From the NCBI GenBank assembly GCA_015134695.1, contig CP043987.1:14423-78422 (forward strand): 64,000 nucleotides of DNA. Direction: 5' to 3'. The DNA is from Candidatus Stammera capleta. GTDB lineage: Bacteria > Pseudomonadota > Gammaproteobacteria > Enterobacterales > Enterobacteriaceae. The translations under genes were made by a program, and so were the position numbers. Positions 1 through 12,987 of the stretch are shown here, one piece after another. The number at the start of each line of letters is the position of its first letter. The stretch's first letter is position 1. The notes beneath the pieces are model-generated. The model was not told the origin of the DNA. It did no database searches and was given only the letters and a program-made list of their open reading frames with translations.

Positions 1-165
1 AATAATGAAATTATAATTATTACAAACAAAGGTAATATAATAAGAATTAATTCAAATGAAATAAATACACTAAAAAGAAATACACAAGGAGTAATCTTAA
101 TTAGATTAAATACTAATAATAATAAAAATAATGAAAAAGTAGTAGATTTACAAAAAATATATTAA
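1..165 (+). CDS. gyrA: DNA gyrase subunit A, C-terminal end (5' part lies outside the window)
   Basis: Open from base 1 to TAA 163-165. Translation ...[16 protein letters not shown]...[10 protein letters not shown] matches the last beta-pinwheel blade of GyrA (E. coli [11 protein letters not shown]...VVGLQRV). Confidence 0.8.
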   Translation, partial: NNEIIIITNKGNIIRINSNEINTLKRNTQGVILIRLNTNNNKNNEKVVDLQKIY

Positions 166-171
166 ATTAAA

Positions 172-1599
172 TTATAATTTATGTATAGAAATACTTTTAT
201 CTTTATTATTAAATATAGATCCTGAAATTATAATTATAATATCACCTATCTTAGCATATCCAAGAGAAATAGAAAGTTTTTTACCAATTAAATAAAAATC
301 ATCTATAGAATTTATAGAATTAACAATAACAGGAATTACTCCTCTAACTAAAGACAATTGTTTATATACATAATAATTTGTAGTTAAAGATAATATTAAT
401 GATTTAGGAAAATATTTTCTAAGATATTTTGATGATTTACCAGTTCTAGTAAAAACTAATATCAATGAAGAATTTAATTCTTTAGATATATCTACAGCAC
501 TTTTATATAAAATTTTATTATTATTTACATTTAAATTATTTTTATTAAAATAATTATTATTTATATAATTATCAGTTTTATTTATAAAATTATCAGTTTT
601 TTCACAAATTTTACACATTATTTTAACTGCTTCGATAGGATATTTTCCTTTTGCACTTTCTCCAGATAACATTACAGCATCTGTTCCATCTAAAATAGCA
701 TTTGCAACATCACCTGCTTCAGCTCTAGTAGGTCTAGGATTTAATAACATTGATTCTAACATTTGAGTAGCAGTAATAACTATTTTATTATAATAATTAC
801 ATTTTTTAATTATCATTTTTTGAACAAAAATAACTTTTTCTATAGGAATTTCAACTCCTAAATCTCCTCTAGCTACCATAATTCCATCAGAAACATCTAA
901 TATTTTATTAAAATTTTTTAATCCTTCTTTATTTTCTATTTTTGAAATTATTTTTATATTTTTACCATTATTTTTATCTAAAAATTTTCTAATATTCAAA
1001 ACATCTGATCTTCTTCTAATAAAAGAAGCAGCAATAAAAGTGATATCATTATTACATGCAAATATAAGATCTTTTTTATCTTTAGAAGATAATATTGGAA
1101 GATCCAATTTTACTCCTGGAATATTTATACCCTTATTTTCTCCTAAAAAACCACTATTATTTACTTTACAAATTATTTTATCTATTTCTTTTTTAATAAC
1201 TTTCATACTTATTAATCCATCATCAACTAATATAATGTCATTAATATTTAAATCATTAATAAAATTTTTATAAGAAACAGATACAATCTTATTATTACCT
1301 AAAAAATTTTTATTATAAATAAAACAAAATATTTGTCCTTTATTTAAATAAATTTCTTTTGAATTACTTAATTTTAAAGTACGAATTTCTGGCCCTTTAG
1401 TATCCAAAATTAAAGATACATCTTTTCCAGATATATTTTTAGCTAAATTTATTTTTTCTATATATCTTTTATGAATAATATGATTTCCATGAGAAAAATT
1501 TAATCTAATTGCATTTACACCAAAATTCAATAAATCAATTAATATTTTAATTTTATTTATACTAGGCCCCATAGTACAAATTATTTTAGTTTTTTTCAT
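172..1599 (-). CDS. pykF: Pyruvate kinase (PykF type)
   Basis: Intact 475-aa ORF. MKKTKIICTMGPS...AIRLNFSHG...LDTKGPEIRT is nearly identical to the enterobacterial PykF N-terminus. Confidence 0.9.
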   Translation of the reverse strand: MKKTKIICTMGPSINKIKILIDLLNFGVNAIRLNFSHGNHIIHKRYIEKINLAKNISGKDVSLILDTKGPEIRTLKLSNSKEIYLNKGQIFCFIYNKNFLGNNKIVSVSYKNFINDLNINDIILVDDGLISMKVIKKEIDKIICKVNNSGFLGENKGINIPGVKLDLPILSSKDKKDLIFACNNDITFIAASFIRRRSDVLNIRKFLDKNNGKNIKIISKIENKEGLKNFNKILDVSDGIMVARGDLGVEIPIEKVIFVQKMIIKKCNYYNKIVITATQMLESMLLNPRPTRAEAGDVANAILDGTDAVMLSGESAKGKYPIEAVKIMCKICEKTDNFINKTDNYINNNYFNKNNLNVNNNKILYKSAVDISKELNSSLILVFTRTGKSSKYLRKYFPKSLILSLTTNYYVYKQLSLVRGVIPVIVNSINSIDDFYLIGKKLSISLGYAKIGDIIIIISGSIFNNKDKSISIHKL

Positions 1600-1646
1600 A
1601 TATAAATTTTCACTTATTAAAAATTTAATAAATTATATAAAAAATA

Positions 1647-1718
1647 TACGTTCTAGTGGATTCGAACCACTGACTTCCATTACGTCAAAATGGTACTCTA
1701 CCTCTGAGTTAAGAACGT
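1647..1718 (-). tRNA. tRNA-Val (anticodon GAC), no encoded CCA
   Basis: GC-rich island. The reverse complement folds as a cloverleaf: acceptor ACGTTCT/AGAACGT, D stem ACTC/GAGT, anticodon stem CCATT/AATGG with loop TTGACGT, T arm AGTGG-TTCGAAT-CCACT, discriminator A. Confidence 0.85.
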
Positions 1719-1811
1719 AAATAATAATAAATATTTTATTATAAAATACAATATAATAATAATATATTATATATTAATTATTATAAATAATATAAAAAAA
1801 AATTAAAAAAA

Positions 1812-3044
1812 ATGAAAAAAAATATTCTTAAAGAATTAAAATATAGAAAATTAATTGTACAAATTTCAAATAAAAAAAAAATAAAAAAATATTTAAAAAA
1901 AAAAAATATATCTATTTATTGTGGTTTTGATCCTACATATAAAAGTTTACATATAGGACATTTAATACCCTTATTAACTTTAAAAAGATTTGTAAAATAT
2001 AATTATAAAGTATTTGTTTTAATAGGAAAATTTACAAGTAAAATAGGAGACCCAAGTTTTCAAAAAAACAAAAGAAAAAAAAATAAAAATTTAAATTTTA
2101 GTAATAAAATAATTAATCAAATAAAAAATATATTAGGAAAAAAAATTAATATTATAAAAAATAGTAAATGATATAATAATATGAAATTAAGTTTTTTTTT
2201 AAATAAAATAGGTAATAATTTTATTGTAAATAAAATATTAAATAAAGAAGCAATAAAAATAAGAAATTTAAATAATAAAAAAGGTATAAATTTTAAAGAA
2301 CTAAGTTATCCACTACTACAAAGTTATGATTTTTTATATCTTTATAAAAAAAAAAATACTATTATTCAAATAGGAGGATCAGATCAATGAGGAAATATAA
2401 CGTCAGGAATTAATTTAATTAAAAAAAAATTAAAAAAAAGATCATTTGGAATAACATTACCTTTAATAACAAAAAAAAATGGAATTAAACATAGTAAATC
2501 ATTTTCTAATACTATTTGATTAGATAAAAATAAAACTTCAATATATGAATTTTATCAATTTTGATTAAATATACCAGATAATAAAGTTATAATATATTTA
2601 AAACAATTAACATGAATAAATATTAAAAGAATAGAATATTTAAATAAAAATATTAATATAAATAAAATTAAAAAAATTTTAGCAAATAAAATTACTGAAA
2701 TAGTATATAATAAAAAATATATAAAAGATATAAATTTAGCAATAAATATATTTTTTAAAAAAAAAAATATAAATAAAAAAAAATTAACAAAATTATATAA
2801 AAAAAGTATACCAAAAATAAATATTATAAATAAAATAAAAAAATTAAAAAAAATATTAATATTATTAAATATAGTAAATAATAAATCACAAGTACATAAT
2901 TTAATAAAAAGTTTATCTATTAAAATTAATTTTAATATAATAAAAAATACAGAATATAAAATAAAAAGTAAAGATAAATTATTTAATAAATTTACTATAT
3001 TACAAAAAGGTAAAAAAAAATTTTTTTTAATAAAATGAATATAA
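1812..3044 (+). CDS. tyrS: Tyrosyl-tRNA synthetase
   Basis: Track ORFs 1812-2171 and 2181-2390 are in the same frame, and the frame stays open to TAA 3042-3044 when TGA is read as Trp. HIGH motif SLHIGHL; GGSDQ-W(TGA 2388-2390)-GNI; KMSKS-like KHSKS; 410 aa. Confidence 0.9.
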
Positions 3045-3049
3045 TTACA

Positions 3050-3808
3050 TTAATAAATTTCTATAGAAATATCTTTATTTAAAATTAAATTAAAATTTTT
3101 ATTTAATAATAAAGATAAATCATTAATCATATTTATATTACCACATAACATAAAATGATTATTTTTATTAATTTTTTTTTTTTTTATTTTTTGAATTATT
3201 TTATATAAAATAATATCTGATACCCTTCCTTTATATAAAAAGAAGGGTAAATTAATTTTATTTTTTTCTTTACTTAAAACAATTATAAAAGTTAAAAAAT
3301 TATTATATATATTTAATAATTTATATATTTTATTAATATAAATAAAATCATTTATATATTTTAATCCATAAATTAAATATATATGTTTAAATTTATTTTT
3401 TAATAAAAAAATATTATTTTGTAAAATACATATAAAAGGACTTATACCAGTATTAGTACATATCATTCATATATACTTCTTTTTTTTTTTAATTATATTA
3501 TATAAAGTAAAATTACCATATGAAATATTAGATATATATATTCTATTTCCTATATTTAAATTATATAGTATATTACTAAAATAACCTTTGTTTATTTTAT
3601 ATATATAAAATTCTAATATTTTAGAATTGAATAAATTAACAAAAGAATAATATCTATATATATATTCATTATTTAATAATAATGCTAATTTAGTAAATTG
3701 ACCAGGAATAAATTTTATTATATTATTTTTAAGATAAATAGTAAATAAATTATTATTTCATCTAAAAATATTTATTATTTTATTTTTTAATCATTTAAAA
3801 CAAATCAT
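3050..3808 (-). CDS. fpr: Ferredoxin/flavodoxin-NADP+ reductase
   Basis: ORF 3050-3466 extends in frame through TGA codons to ATG at 3808 (252 aa). PGQFTKL, YRYYSF, I-W(TGA)-MICTNTGISPF and MLCGNINM align with E. coli Fpr (AGQFTKL, RAYSY, LWMLATGTAIGP, MLCGNPQM). Confidence 0.8.
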
Positions 3809-3817
3809 AAATATTTA

Positions 3818-5113
<1,296 letters not shown>

Positions 5114-5222
5114 ATTAATTTATACCAATTTATAATTCATTTAAAATAAATATAAATATATTTAATTATATAATATATATTAACATTTATATGTTATAAT
5201 ATAAATATATAAAAATTAATAT

Positions 5223-5294
<72 letters not shown>

Positions 5295-5296
5295 TT

Positions 5297-5647
5297 TTAT
5301 TTAATAAATATTTTTAATATTAAATTTAATATATAAATTAACAATATTCCTTTTAATATACCTAGTAATAATCCTAAAAATCTATTTATAAAAATATATA
5401 ATAATATAAAAGTTCTTTTAAAAAAAAATAAAATATAATCTTCAATTAATAAATAAAAAAACAAAAATAATAAAAATAAAAAAAAAGTATTCTTTATAAA
5501 ATTAAAATCAATTTTAGTATAAATTAATAATTTAATTATTAAATATAAAATTAATATAGATAGAAAATCTTTTAAAATACCTCTATTAAAGCTATAATAA
5601 AAAGATAAAAAAAATATTAAATAATAAAATATATAAAAAATTTTCAT
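5297..5647 (-). CDS. cvpA: CvpA-family inner-membrane protein
   Basis: 116-aa hydrophobic ORF. SFNRGILKDFLSIL and NRFLGLLLGILKGILLIYIL align with E. coli CvpA (SLIRGFVREALSLV, DRVLGVCFGALRGVLIVAAIL). truA and cvpA share a locus in E. coli. Confidence 0.6.
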   Translation of the reverse strand: MKIFYIFYYLIFFLSFYYSFNRGILKDFLSILILYLIIKLLIYTKIDFNFIKNTFFLFLLFLFFYLLIEDYILFFFKRTFILLYIFINRFLGLLLGILKGILLIYILNLILKIFIK

Positions 5648-5667
5648 ATAATATATTATAAAAAAAT

Positions 5668-6417
5668 TTAAGTAAAATTATAATCTATAGAAACCAAATA
5701 TAAACCATACGGTTTTACCGTATCAATTAAAAAAGCATTTTTATTACGATAATATAAATAATCTTTAATTCATAAAACAGAATATTTTTTCATTCCTATT
5801 AAAAGCAAACTACTAACTAAATTTCTTACCATATGATATAAAAAAGAATTTGCTTTAATATCAAAAAAAATAAAATTTCTACATTTAAATATTTTAAAAT
5901 ATAAAATTTTTTTATAGGGACTTAAAGATTCACATCCAGAAGATCTAAAAGAACTAAAATCATGTCTACCTACTAAATATTTACAAGCTTCAGACATTAA
6001 ATTAATACTTAAATTATTATTATAATATAAAACTAATTTATTTAAAAAAATTGATTTAATTTTATTTATACATAATACATATATATAACGTCTATATAAA
6101 GCATGTTTTCTTGCATGAAAACTAATTGAAATATATTTTATTCATTTTACTGATATAGTATCAGGTAAAAAAAAATTTAAAAAACTTAAAATATTTTTAG
6201 TATTTATATATTCTTTAATATCAAAATGTATAATTTGACCTAAACTATTTACTCCTTTATCAGTTCTACTAGCACAAATAATATTTATATTATATTTAAA
6301 AAATTTTAATAATATTTTTTCTAATATACTCTGTATACTATTATCATTTAAAAACTGTTTTTGTCACCCAATATAATTATAACCAATATATTCAATACAT
6401 GCTAATAATCTAAACAT
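5668..6417 (-). CDS. truA: tRNA pseudouridine(38-40) synthase
   Basis: ATG 6417: MFRLLACIEYIGYNYIG-W(TGA)-QKQ. ORF 5770-5997 has GRHDFSSF and FLYHMVRNLV. The C-terminus is YGLYLVSIDY before TAA 5668-5670; 249 aa. Confidence 0.9.
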
Positions 6418-6418
6418 T

Positions 6419-6754
6419 TTAAAAATATTTATAATTTTTATCTCTTAAAAAATATAATTTTGCTTTACTTTTTTTAGTATTTTTTTTTACTATTATAATT
6501 TTATTTATTATAGGAGAATAAAATTTAAATAATCTTTCTATACCTTCTCCATTAGAAATTTTTCTTAATATAAAACAAGAATTTATACCTTTATTTTTAA
6601 TAGAAATTACAATACCTTGAAATGATTGTAATCTTTTTTTATTAAATTCTATTACTCAAATTTGAACTCTTAAAATATATCCAATTTTAATATTTAAACA
6701 AATATCATTTTTAATATATTTTTTTTCTACATAATTTATAAGATAATTTTTCAT
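6419..6754 (-). CDS. rplS: 50S ribosomal protein L19
   Basis: MKNYL...RVQI-W(TGA)-VIEFNKKRLQSFQGIVISIKNKG...RKISNGEGIERLF...AKLYFLR aligns along its length with E. coli L19; 111 aa. Confidence 0.95.
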
Positions 6755-6764
6755 ATTAATTTCA

Positions 6765-7461
6765 TTACTTATTTTTAAATAAAAAATTTTTTAATAAATA
6801 TGGTTTAATTAATAAAGTTTTTCTAATTGATTTATTAAACCTTCATAAAAATATTTTTTTATGATTTCCAGATAATAAAACTTTAGGTACAGATAAATTA
6901 TTAAATATCCTAGGTTTTGTATAATTAGGGATAACCTAATAAACCATTTAAATAATTAAAAGAATCTAATTTAGAAGATTCAATATTATTTAAAATTCCA
7001 GGTATATTTCTAACTAATATATCTATAACAACTAAAGTTGATATTTCACCACAACTTATAATATAATCTCCTATAGACAATTCAATATTAACATATTTAT
7101 CAATAATACGTTGATCTATACCATTATATCTTCCACATATAAATATTAAAGATTTATAACTTAATAATTTATTAATTAAAAATTTATCTATTATTTTACC
7201 TTGTGGTGATAAATATATTACAAAAGAATTAGAATATATACTATTTACTTTTTTTATAGCTAAATATAAAGGTTCAGGTCTTAATATTAAACCTGCTCCA
7301 CCACCATAAATTTTACCATCAAATCTACTATTTTTAATAAAATTATTAATATTAAAAACATTTAATATTATTTTATTAAGTTTAATAGCTTTATATATTA
7401 AACCATTTTTAAATGGAGATATAAAAAAATTAGGATTTATACTTAAAATATTTAAATACAT
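6765..7461 (-). CDS. trmD: tRNA (guanine37-N1)-methyltransferase TrmD, interrupted by a +1 frameshift at 6925-6930
   Basis: The 0-frame part 7461-6928 (178 aa: ...[13 protein letters not shown]...[11 protein letters not shown]...LLGYP) stops at TAA 6927-6925. Skipping one base continues [33 protein letters not shown]... to TAA 6767-6765, the conserved TrmD C-terminal domain. See findings. Confidence 0.8.
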
Positions 7462-7465
7462 AAAT

Positions 7466-7723
7466 TTAACAAATATATTTTTTTTTATATTTATTTACTA
7501 AATATAAAACTCTTTTAGACATTAAAGCACCTTCTTTTAATCAAATATTTAATAATTTAATATCTATATATATACTTTTATAATTTTCAAAAACACAAAA
7601 AGGATTATAATATCCTATCTTTTTTATAAATTTTCCACTACAACATCTGCGTCTATCTGCTATAACTATATTATAAAAAGGTACTCTTTTTCTTCCATAA
7701 CGAACTAAACGTATAATAATCAT
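7466..7723 (-). CDS. rpsP: 30S ribosomal protein S16
   Basis: [25 protein letters not shown]... continues across TGA (conserved W) into [11 protein letters not shown] to TAA 7466-7468; 85 aa. GGAG lies 5 nt upstream of the ATG, preceded by an 18-nt U run in the mRNA (7733-7750). Confidence 0.9.
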
Positions 7724-7810
7724 AATTACTCCAAAAAAAAAAAAAAAAAATAAAAAAAATAAAAATAAAAAAATAAATTAATTATTAATATAATAAATTA
7801 TTAATAAAAA

Positions 7811-7897
7811 TAGTGGAGAAGGGATTTGAACCCTTGATACATAAAAATGTATACATACTTTCCAGATATGCTCTTTAAACCTCTCAGACACTCCACT
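7811..7897 (-). tRNA. tRNA-Ser (anticodon GGA), class II, no encoded CCA
   Basis: Reverse complement: acceptor AGTGGAG/CTCCACT, anticodon stem CATAT/GTATG with loop CTGGAAA, long variable arm ATACAT-TTTT-ATGTAT, T arm AAGGG-TTCAAAT-CCCTT. Confidence 0.8.
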
Positions 7898-7986
7898 ATA
7901 AAATAATATATATATATATATTATATATTAAATATATACATATATTTTGACAAAATCAATATTATAAAATATAATATATATATTAT

Positions 7987-8059
7987 TCCTCTGTAGTTCA
8001 GTTGGTAGAACAACGGACTGTTAATCCGTATGTCACTGGTTCAAATCCAGTCGGAGGAG
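7987..8059 (+). tRNA. tRNA-Asn (anticodon GUU), no encoded CCA
   Basis: Acceptor TCCTCTG/CGGAGGA, anticodon arm ACGGA-CTGTTAA-TCCGT, T arm ACTGG-TTCAAAT-CCAGT, discriminator G. Confidence 0.9.
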
Positions 8060-8097
8060 TTATAAATAATTAATTTTATATATTATTGTATATACTT

Positions 8098-10479
8098 TAT
8101 ATTTTTTTTTATAAATATTTTTCTTAATTTAATATCATCACCCATTAATGTTTTAAATAAATAATCTGCTTTAATAGCATCTTCTATATATATATTTGAT
8201 ATATTTCTATTTTTAGGATCCATAGTAGTATTTCATAATTGATTAGGATTCATTTCACCTAAACCCTTATAACGTTGAATAAATATTTTATTACTATTAG
8301 ATAAAATATAATTTATTAATTCATAAAATTTATTAAAATATATTTTTTTATTTTTATAAATAATATATTTTTTAATATAATTTTCAATATTAAAAAAATA
8401 CAATCTTTTATTTAAATATAATAATTTAAAATAATTATCTTTAATAACTTTTATATTTATATATAAAATTTTATTAATATAAAAATTATTATATTTAAAT
8501 TTTAAAAAATAAATATTATTTTTTTTTAATAACTTACATTTTATTTTTTTTTTATTAAAAAAAAAATTATTTAAATATATATTAAATTTATTAAATCAAA
8601 AAGAATAATCTTTAAAATAATTAAAAGTATTTTTACTAAAAAATATTAAAATATCTAATATAAATGTATATAATTTATTATTATTATTATTTTTAAAAAA
8701 TAAATCTAAAATATTATTATAAATAATAATTAAATTAATTAATTTTTTACTATTTATAATTAAATTATTATTAATATATAAATTAATATTTTTAAAATAT
8801 AATTTAATTTTATATTTAATTAAATCTTTATAATTATATAAATAATATTCCTTTTTTTTATATTTAATCCTATATAAAGGAGGACGAGCTATATATAAAT
8901 GACCAAAATTAATTAAATCTGGCATATATCTATAAAAAAAAGTTAATAATAAAGTTCTTATATGAGCTCCATCTATATCAGCATCAGTCATTATAATTAT
9001 ATTATTATATCTTAATTTTTTTATATTAAAATTTCTATTTTTTATACCACATCCTAAAACAGATATTAATAAATTAATTTCTTTAGAAAATAAAATTTTA
9101 TCTAAATTCATCTTTTCAACATTTATTATTTTTCCTTTAAGTGGTAAAACAGCTTGATATTTTCTATTTCTACTTTGTTTAGCAGAACCACCTGCTGAAT
9201 CACCTTCAACTAAAAATATTTCAGTTAAATTAGATTTTTTTAATTGACAATCTGCTAATTTATTAGCAATTAAAGATAAATCTAAATTTATTTTTTTTTT
9301 AGATAATTCTTTAAATTTTCTTAAAGATTCTCTATATTTAAAAGAATTAATTATTTTTTTAATAATTAATTTAGAATCATTAGGATTTTCTAATAAAAAC
9401 TTAAATAAATTTTTATTTATTAAAGATTCTACTATAAATTTAATTTCAGAAGAAATTAACTTTTCTTTTGTTTGAGAAGAAAATTTAGGATTAAACATTT
9501 TAATAGATAATATTGCATATAAACCCTCTCTAGTATCATCACCAATTATATTTAAATTATTTTTTTTTATATTAATTTCATTATTTAAATAATTATTAAT
9601 AGCACGAGTTATACCAGATTTTAAACCAGATAAATGAGCTCCACCATCAGATTGATAAATATTATTAGTAAAACATAAAATTTTATTATTTAATACATCA
9701 ACTCATTGACAAACAAATTCTAATATTATTTTTTTTTTTTTAATTTTTATATAAAAAATATTTTTATTTAATATATTTTTTTTATTAATTAAAAAATTTA
9801 AATAAGATTTAATTCCACCATAATTAATAAAATTATTATTTTTTTTATTTTTATTATCTATTAAAATAATATTTAAACCTCTATTCAAAAAAGATAATTG
9901 ATGTAACCTATTAAATAAAATATTATAATTAAATTTTTTAAAGTTAATAAAAATATTTTTATCAGGTCAAAATCTTATATACGTTCCATTACATTTAGTT
10001 TTACCAATTTCTTTTAATTCACAATTTGCTTTACCATAACTATAAGTTTGATAATAAATTTTATTAAATTTATATATATATAAATCTAATCTTTCTGATA
10101 AAGCATTTACAACAGATATTCCAACCCCATGTAATCCACTAGAAATATTATAAGAATTATTATCAAATTTACCACCTGCATGTAAAACAGTCATTATTAA
10201 TTCAGCAGAAGAAATATTAAATTCTTTATGTAAATCAACAGGTATACCTCTACCATCATCTAATACCGAAATAGAATTATCTTTATGAATTTTAACTGTA
10301 ATATTTTTACAAAAACCACATAAAGACTCATCAACAGAATTATCAATTATTTCAAAAACCATATTATGTAATCCTGTATCATCAGATGTATCACCTATAT
10401 ACATACCAGGACGTTTTCTTACTGCTTCTAAACCTTTTAATACTTTAATACTAGAAGAATTATAACTATCATCTAACAT
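8098..10479 (-). CDS. gyrB: DNA gyrase subunit B
   Basis: Track ORFs 9967-10479, 9703-9888 and 8596-9498 share one frame. I checked 9499-9702 codon by codon and found only TGA, no TAA/TAG. N-terminus [18 protein letters not shown], Toprim [12 protein letters not shown]-terminus [16 protein letters not shown]; 793 aa. Confidence 0.95.
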
Positions 10480-10516
10480 ATGATTATATACTCTTTATCT
10501 AAAAAAAAATAAAATT

Positions 10517-11644
10517 TTATAATTGTATAGGCATTACCATATAAGTTAATAAAATATTATTTATATTTATAATTTTAACTATAGAAGAAGAATCTTTTAA
10601 AAAAAAACGTATTTTAGAAAAAACATTTATATATTTTAATATATCTAAAATATATTTAATATTAAAGCTTATTTCTATATTTTTTCCACTATAATTTATT
10701 AATATATATTCTTTAATTTCATTATTATTACTATCATTTGTATATATAAATAATTTATTTTTACTAAAATTTAAAGTAACATAATTAGAAAAATTATTAC
10801 TAATTATAGAATTACGTATTAAAGCATTTTTAAAATCTAATATATTTAAATCAATATAAATATGTTTTTTAAACAAAAATAAAATATTTTTATAATCTGG
10901 AAAATTTCCATCTATTAAATTAGAATAAATAATAAAATTTCCAAAAATAATTTTTATTGTATTTTTATTAAAATAGAAAAAAATATTTTCATTATTAATA
11001 AAATTTAACAATTTTAATAATTCTAAAACTAAATTACGTGGAATAATAATAGAAAAAGAATTTTCAGTTATATTAATAAAATTATTTAATAATTTATAAA
11101 TAGAAATTCTATAACTATCAGTAGTAACAAAATATAAAAAATAATCAAAAAATTCTATTAACATACCATTTAAATAAAAATAAATATCTTGATTACCCAT
11201 AGAAAAATATATTGAAGATATAATTTCTTTTAAATAAATACTAGAAATTGAAATATTATTATTATAAATAATTTTCTTATTTATTAAAGGAAAATCATCT
11301 ATAGGTAAAGTAGATAAAAAAGTTTTAATATTTAAACACGATATACATAATCTATTATTAATATAATTTAAATCTATATATTCTTCTTTAGGATAACTAA
11401 AACATAATTTATATAATTTATATAAATTAACAGTAATAGAACCATTTTTTATAAATTCTTTTCTTGATAAAACTATAAAAAAATTTATTTCTATATCTAA
11501 ATTAGTAACAATTAAGTGCAATTTTTTTTCAAATAAATTTATCAATATATTAGATAAAATTATATTTTTACTATCTTTAATAATATAGGTATTGAATTTA
11601 TTTAAAATATTTACTAATTTTTCTTTTTTTAATATAAAATGCAT
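10517..11644 (-). CDS. dnaN: DNA polymerase III beta sliding clamp
   Basis: Intact 375-aa ORF immediately downstream of dnaA. Length and position fit DnaN; sequence is diverged but ends ...YMVMPIQL like clamp C-termini (...MPMRL). Confidence 0.8.
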   Translation of the reverse strand: MHFILKKEKLVNILNKFNTYIIKDSKNIILSNILINLFEKKLHLIVTNLDIEINFFIVLSRKEFIKNGSITVNLYKLYKLCFSYPKEEYIDLNYINNRLCISCLNIKTFLSTLPIDDFPLINKKIIYNNNISISSIYLKEIISSIYFSMGNQDIYFYLNGMLIEFFDYFLYFVTTDSYRISIYKLLNNFINITENSFSIIIPRNLVLELLKLLNFINNENIFFYFNKNTIKIIFGNFIIYSNLIDGNFPDYKNILFLFKKHIYIDLNILDFKNALIRNSIISNNFSNYVTLNFSKNKLFIYTNDSNNNEIKEYILINYSGKNIEISFNIKYILDILKYINVFSKIRFFLKDSSSIVKIININNILLTYMVMPIQL

Positions 11645-12987
11645 TGTATTTTTTTTAAAATTATTTTAGTTAAATAATCTATATCTTTTTTAACTAAATT
11701 ATCATTAATATATAATTTTTTTATTTTATTATAAGAATAAAGTATTATAGAATAATTTAAATTATTATAAAATAATCCTAACTTATAAAAACTTAAATTA
11801 ATAATTTTTTTAGATAAAAAAATAGATATTTGTCTAGGATATAAAAATTTTTTAATACGAGATTCAGATAATAATTTTTTTATACATATATTATAATATA
11901 TACAAACATTTTTTTGTATATTTAATATAAAATTAAAATCATATAAATTTAAATAATTATATGATATTAATTTAATAAAATTTATATTTATATTATTTAA
12001 ACATTTAAAATATATTGAATATATATATATTATATCTAATATTTCTTTTAATTCATAAAAATTATTAATTTCAATTTTACAAATGTAATTAATTATATTT
12101 TTTTTTATTAATATATTATTTTTTTTAAAATATTTTTTTATAAATATATATTTAATTATATAATCTATTTTACAAATATTTATAATATTAATAGATAATA
12201 AAAAAGATAAATCATAAATAAAATTTAAATTATTTATATTTAAATTAGAAGTAATTATTATATAATATTTTTTATTATATTTAAATAAATAATTTAATAT
12301 AAATAAAAATTTTTTTTGTAAAAAAAAATTATTTACTATTAAATGAATATCCTCTATTAAAAATAAATCTACTGATTTTATATAAAACTTAAAATTTAAA
12401 AAATTATAATTTTTAATTAAAAAATACATTTTTTTAATAAATTTATAACAATTAATATATATAATATTTTTTTTAAATTTATATATAGTATTTATATTAT
12501 TTATTAATGAATATAATAAATGAGTTTTTCCTAAACCAGAATAACTATATAAAAATATTATTTTATTATTTTTTTTTTTAAGAAAAGATAAATTAAATAT
12601 CTTATTATAAGCAAAAAAATTAGATTTACTACAAATAAAATTACTAAATCTACACTTATTAAATAAAAATAAATCATTAAATTTTAAATATTTATCTAAT
12701 ATTTTTTTACTTCTATTTTTTATATAAATTCTTTTAAAAATTAATCTTTTATTTCCTACAATAAATTTAATATAATTAAAATTTATATAATATCTAATAA
12801 TATATTTACAAATTAAATAAAAATATTTTTTACGTACATAATTTAAAATAAAAAAATTAGGTGCACATAAATATATATATTTATTTATTAAATTAACTTG
12901 TAATGGAAATATTCACATGTTAAACTCATATTCTGATAAATAATTTTTAATTTTTATTAAACATTTTTGTCATAAATAATGTAACAA
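11629..12987 (-). CDS. dnaA: Chromosomal replication initiator DnaA
   Basis: N-terminus (L)LHYL-W-QKCL...EFNM-W-IFPLQ matches E. coli SLSLWQQCL...EFSMWIRPLQ, with both Trp as TGA. Walker A is GLGKTHLL. Probable TTG start at 12987, 6 nt after GAGGG; an alternative GTG lies at 12999. Overlaps the dnaN start by 16 nt. Confidence 0.85.

Noticed and set aside
2306-2314. TTATCCACT, one mismatch from the DnaA-box consensus TTATCCACA.
   Set aside because: It is a single isolated copy inside the tyrS coding sequence (codons for LSYPLL). There is no cluster and no adjacent AT-rich unwinding element, so it is most likely chance.
5707-5723. Perfect 7-bp palindrome ATACGGT-TTT-ACCGTAT, conspicuous in such A/T-rich DNA.
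   Set aside because: It lies inside the truA 3' coding region, encoding DTVKPYG just before the conserved GLYLV. It may be coincidental to codon choice, and I have no evidence for a regulatory role.
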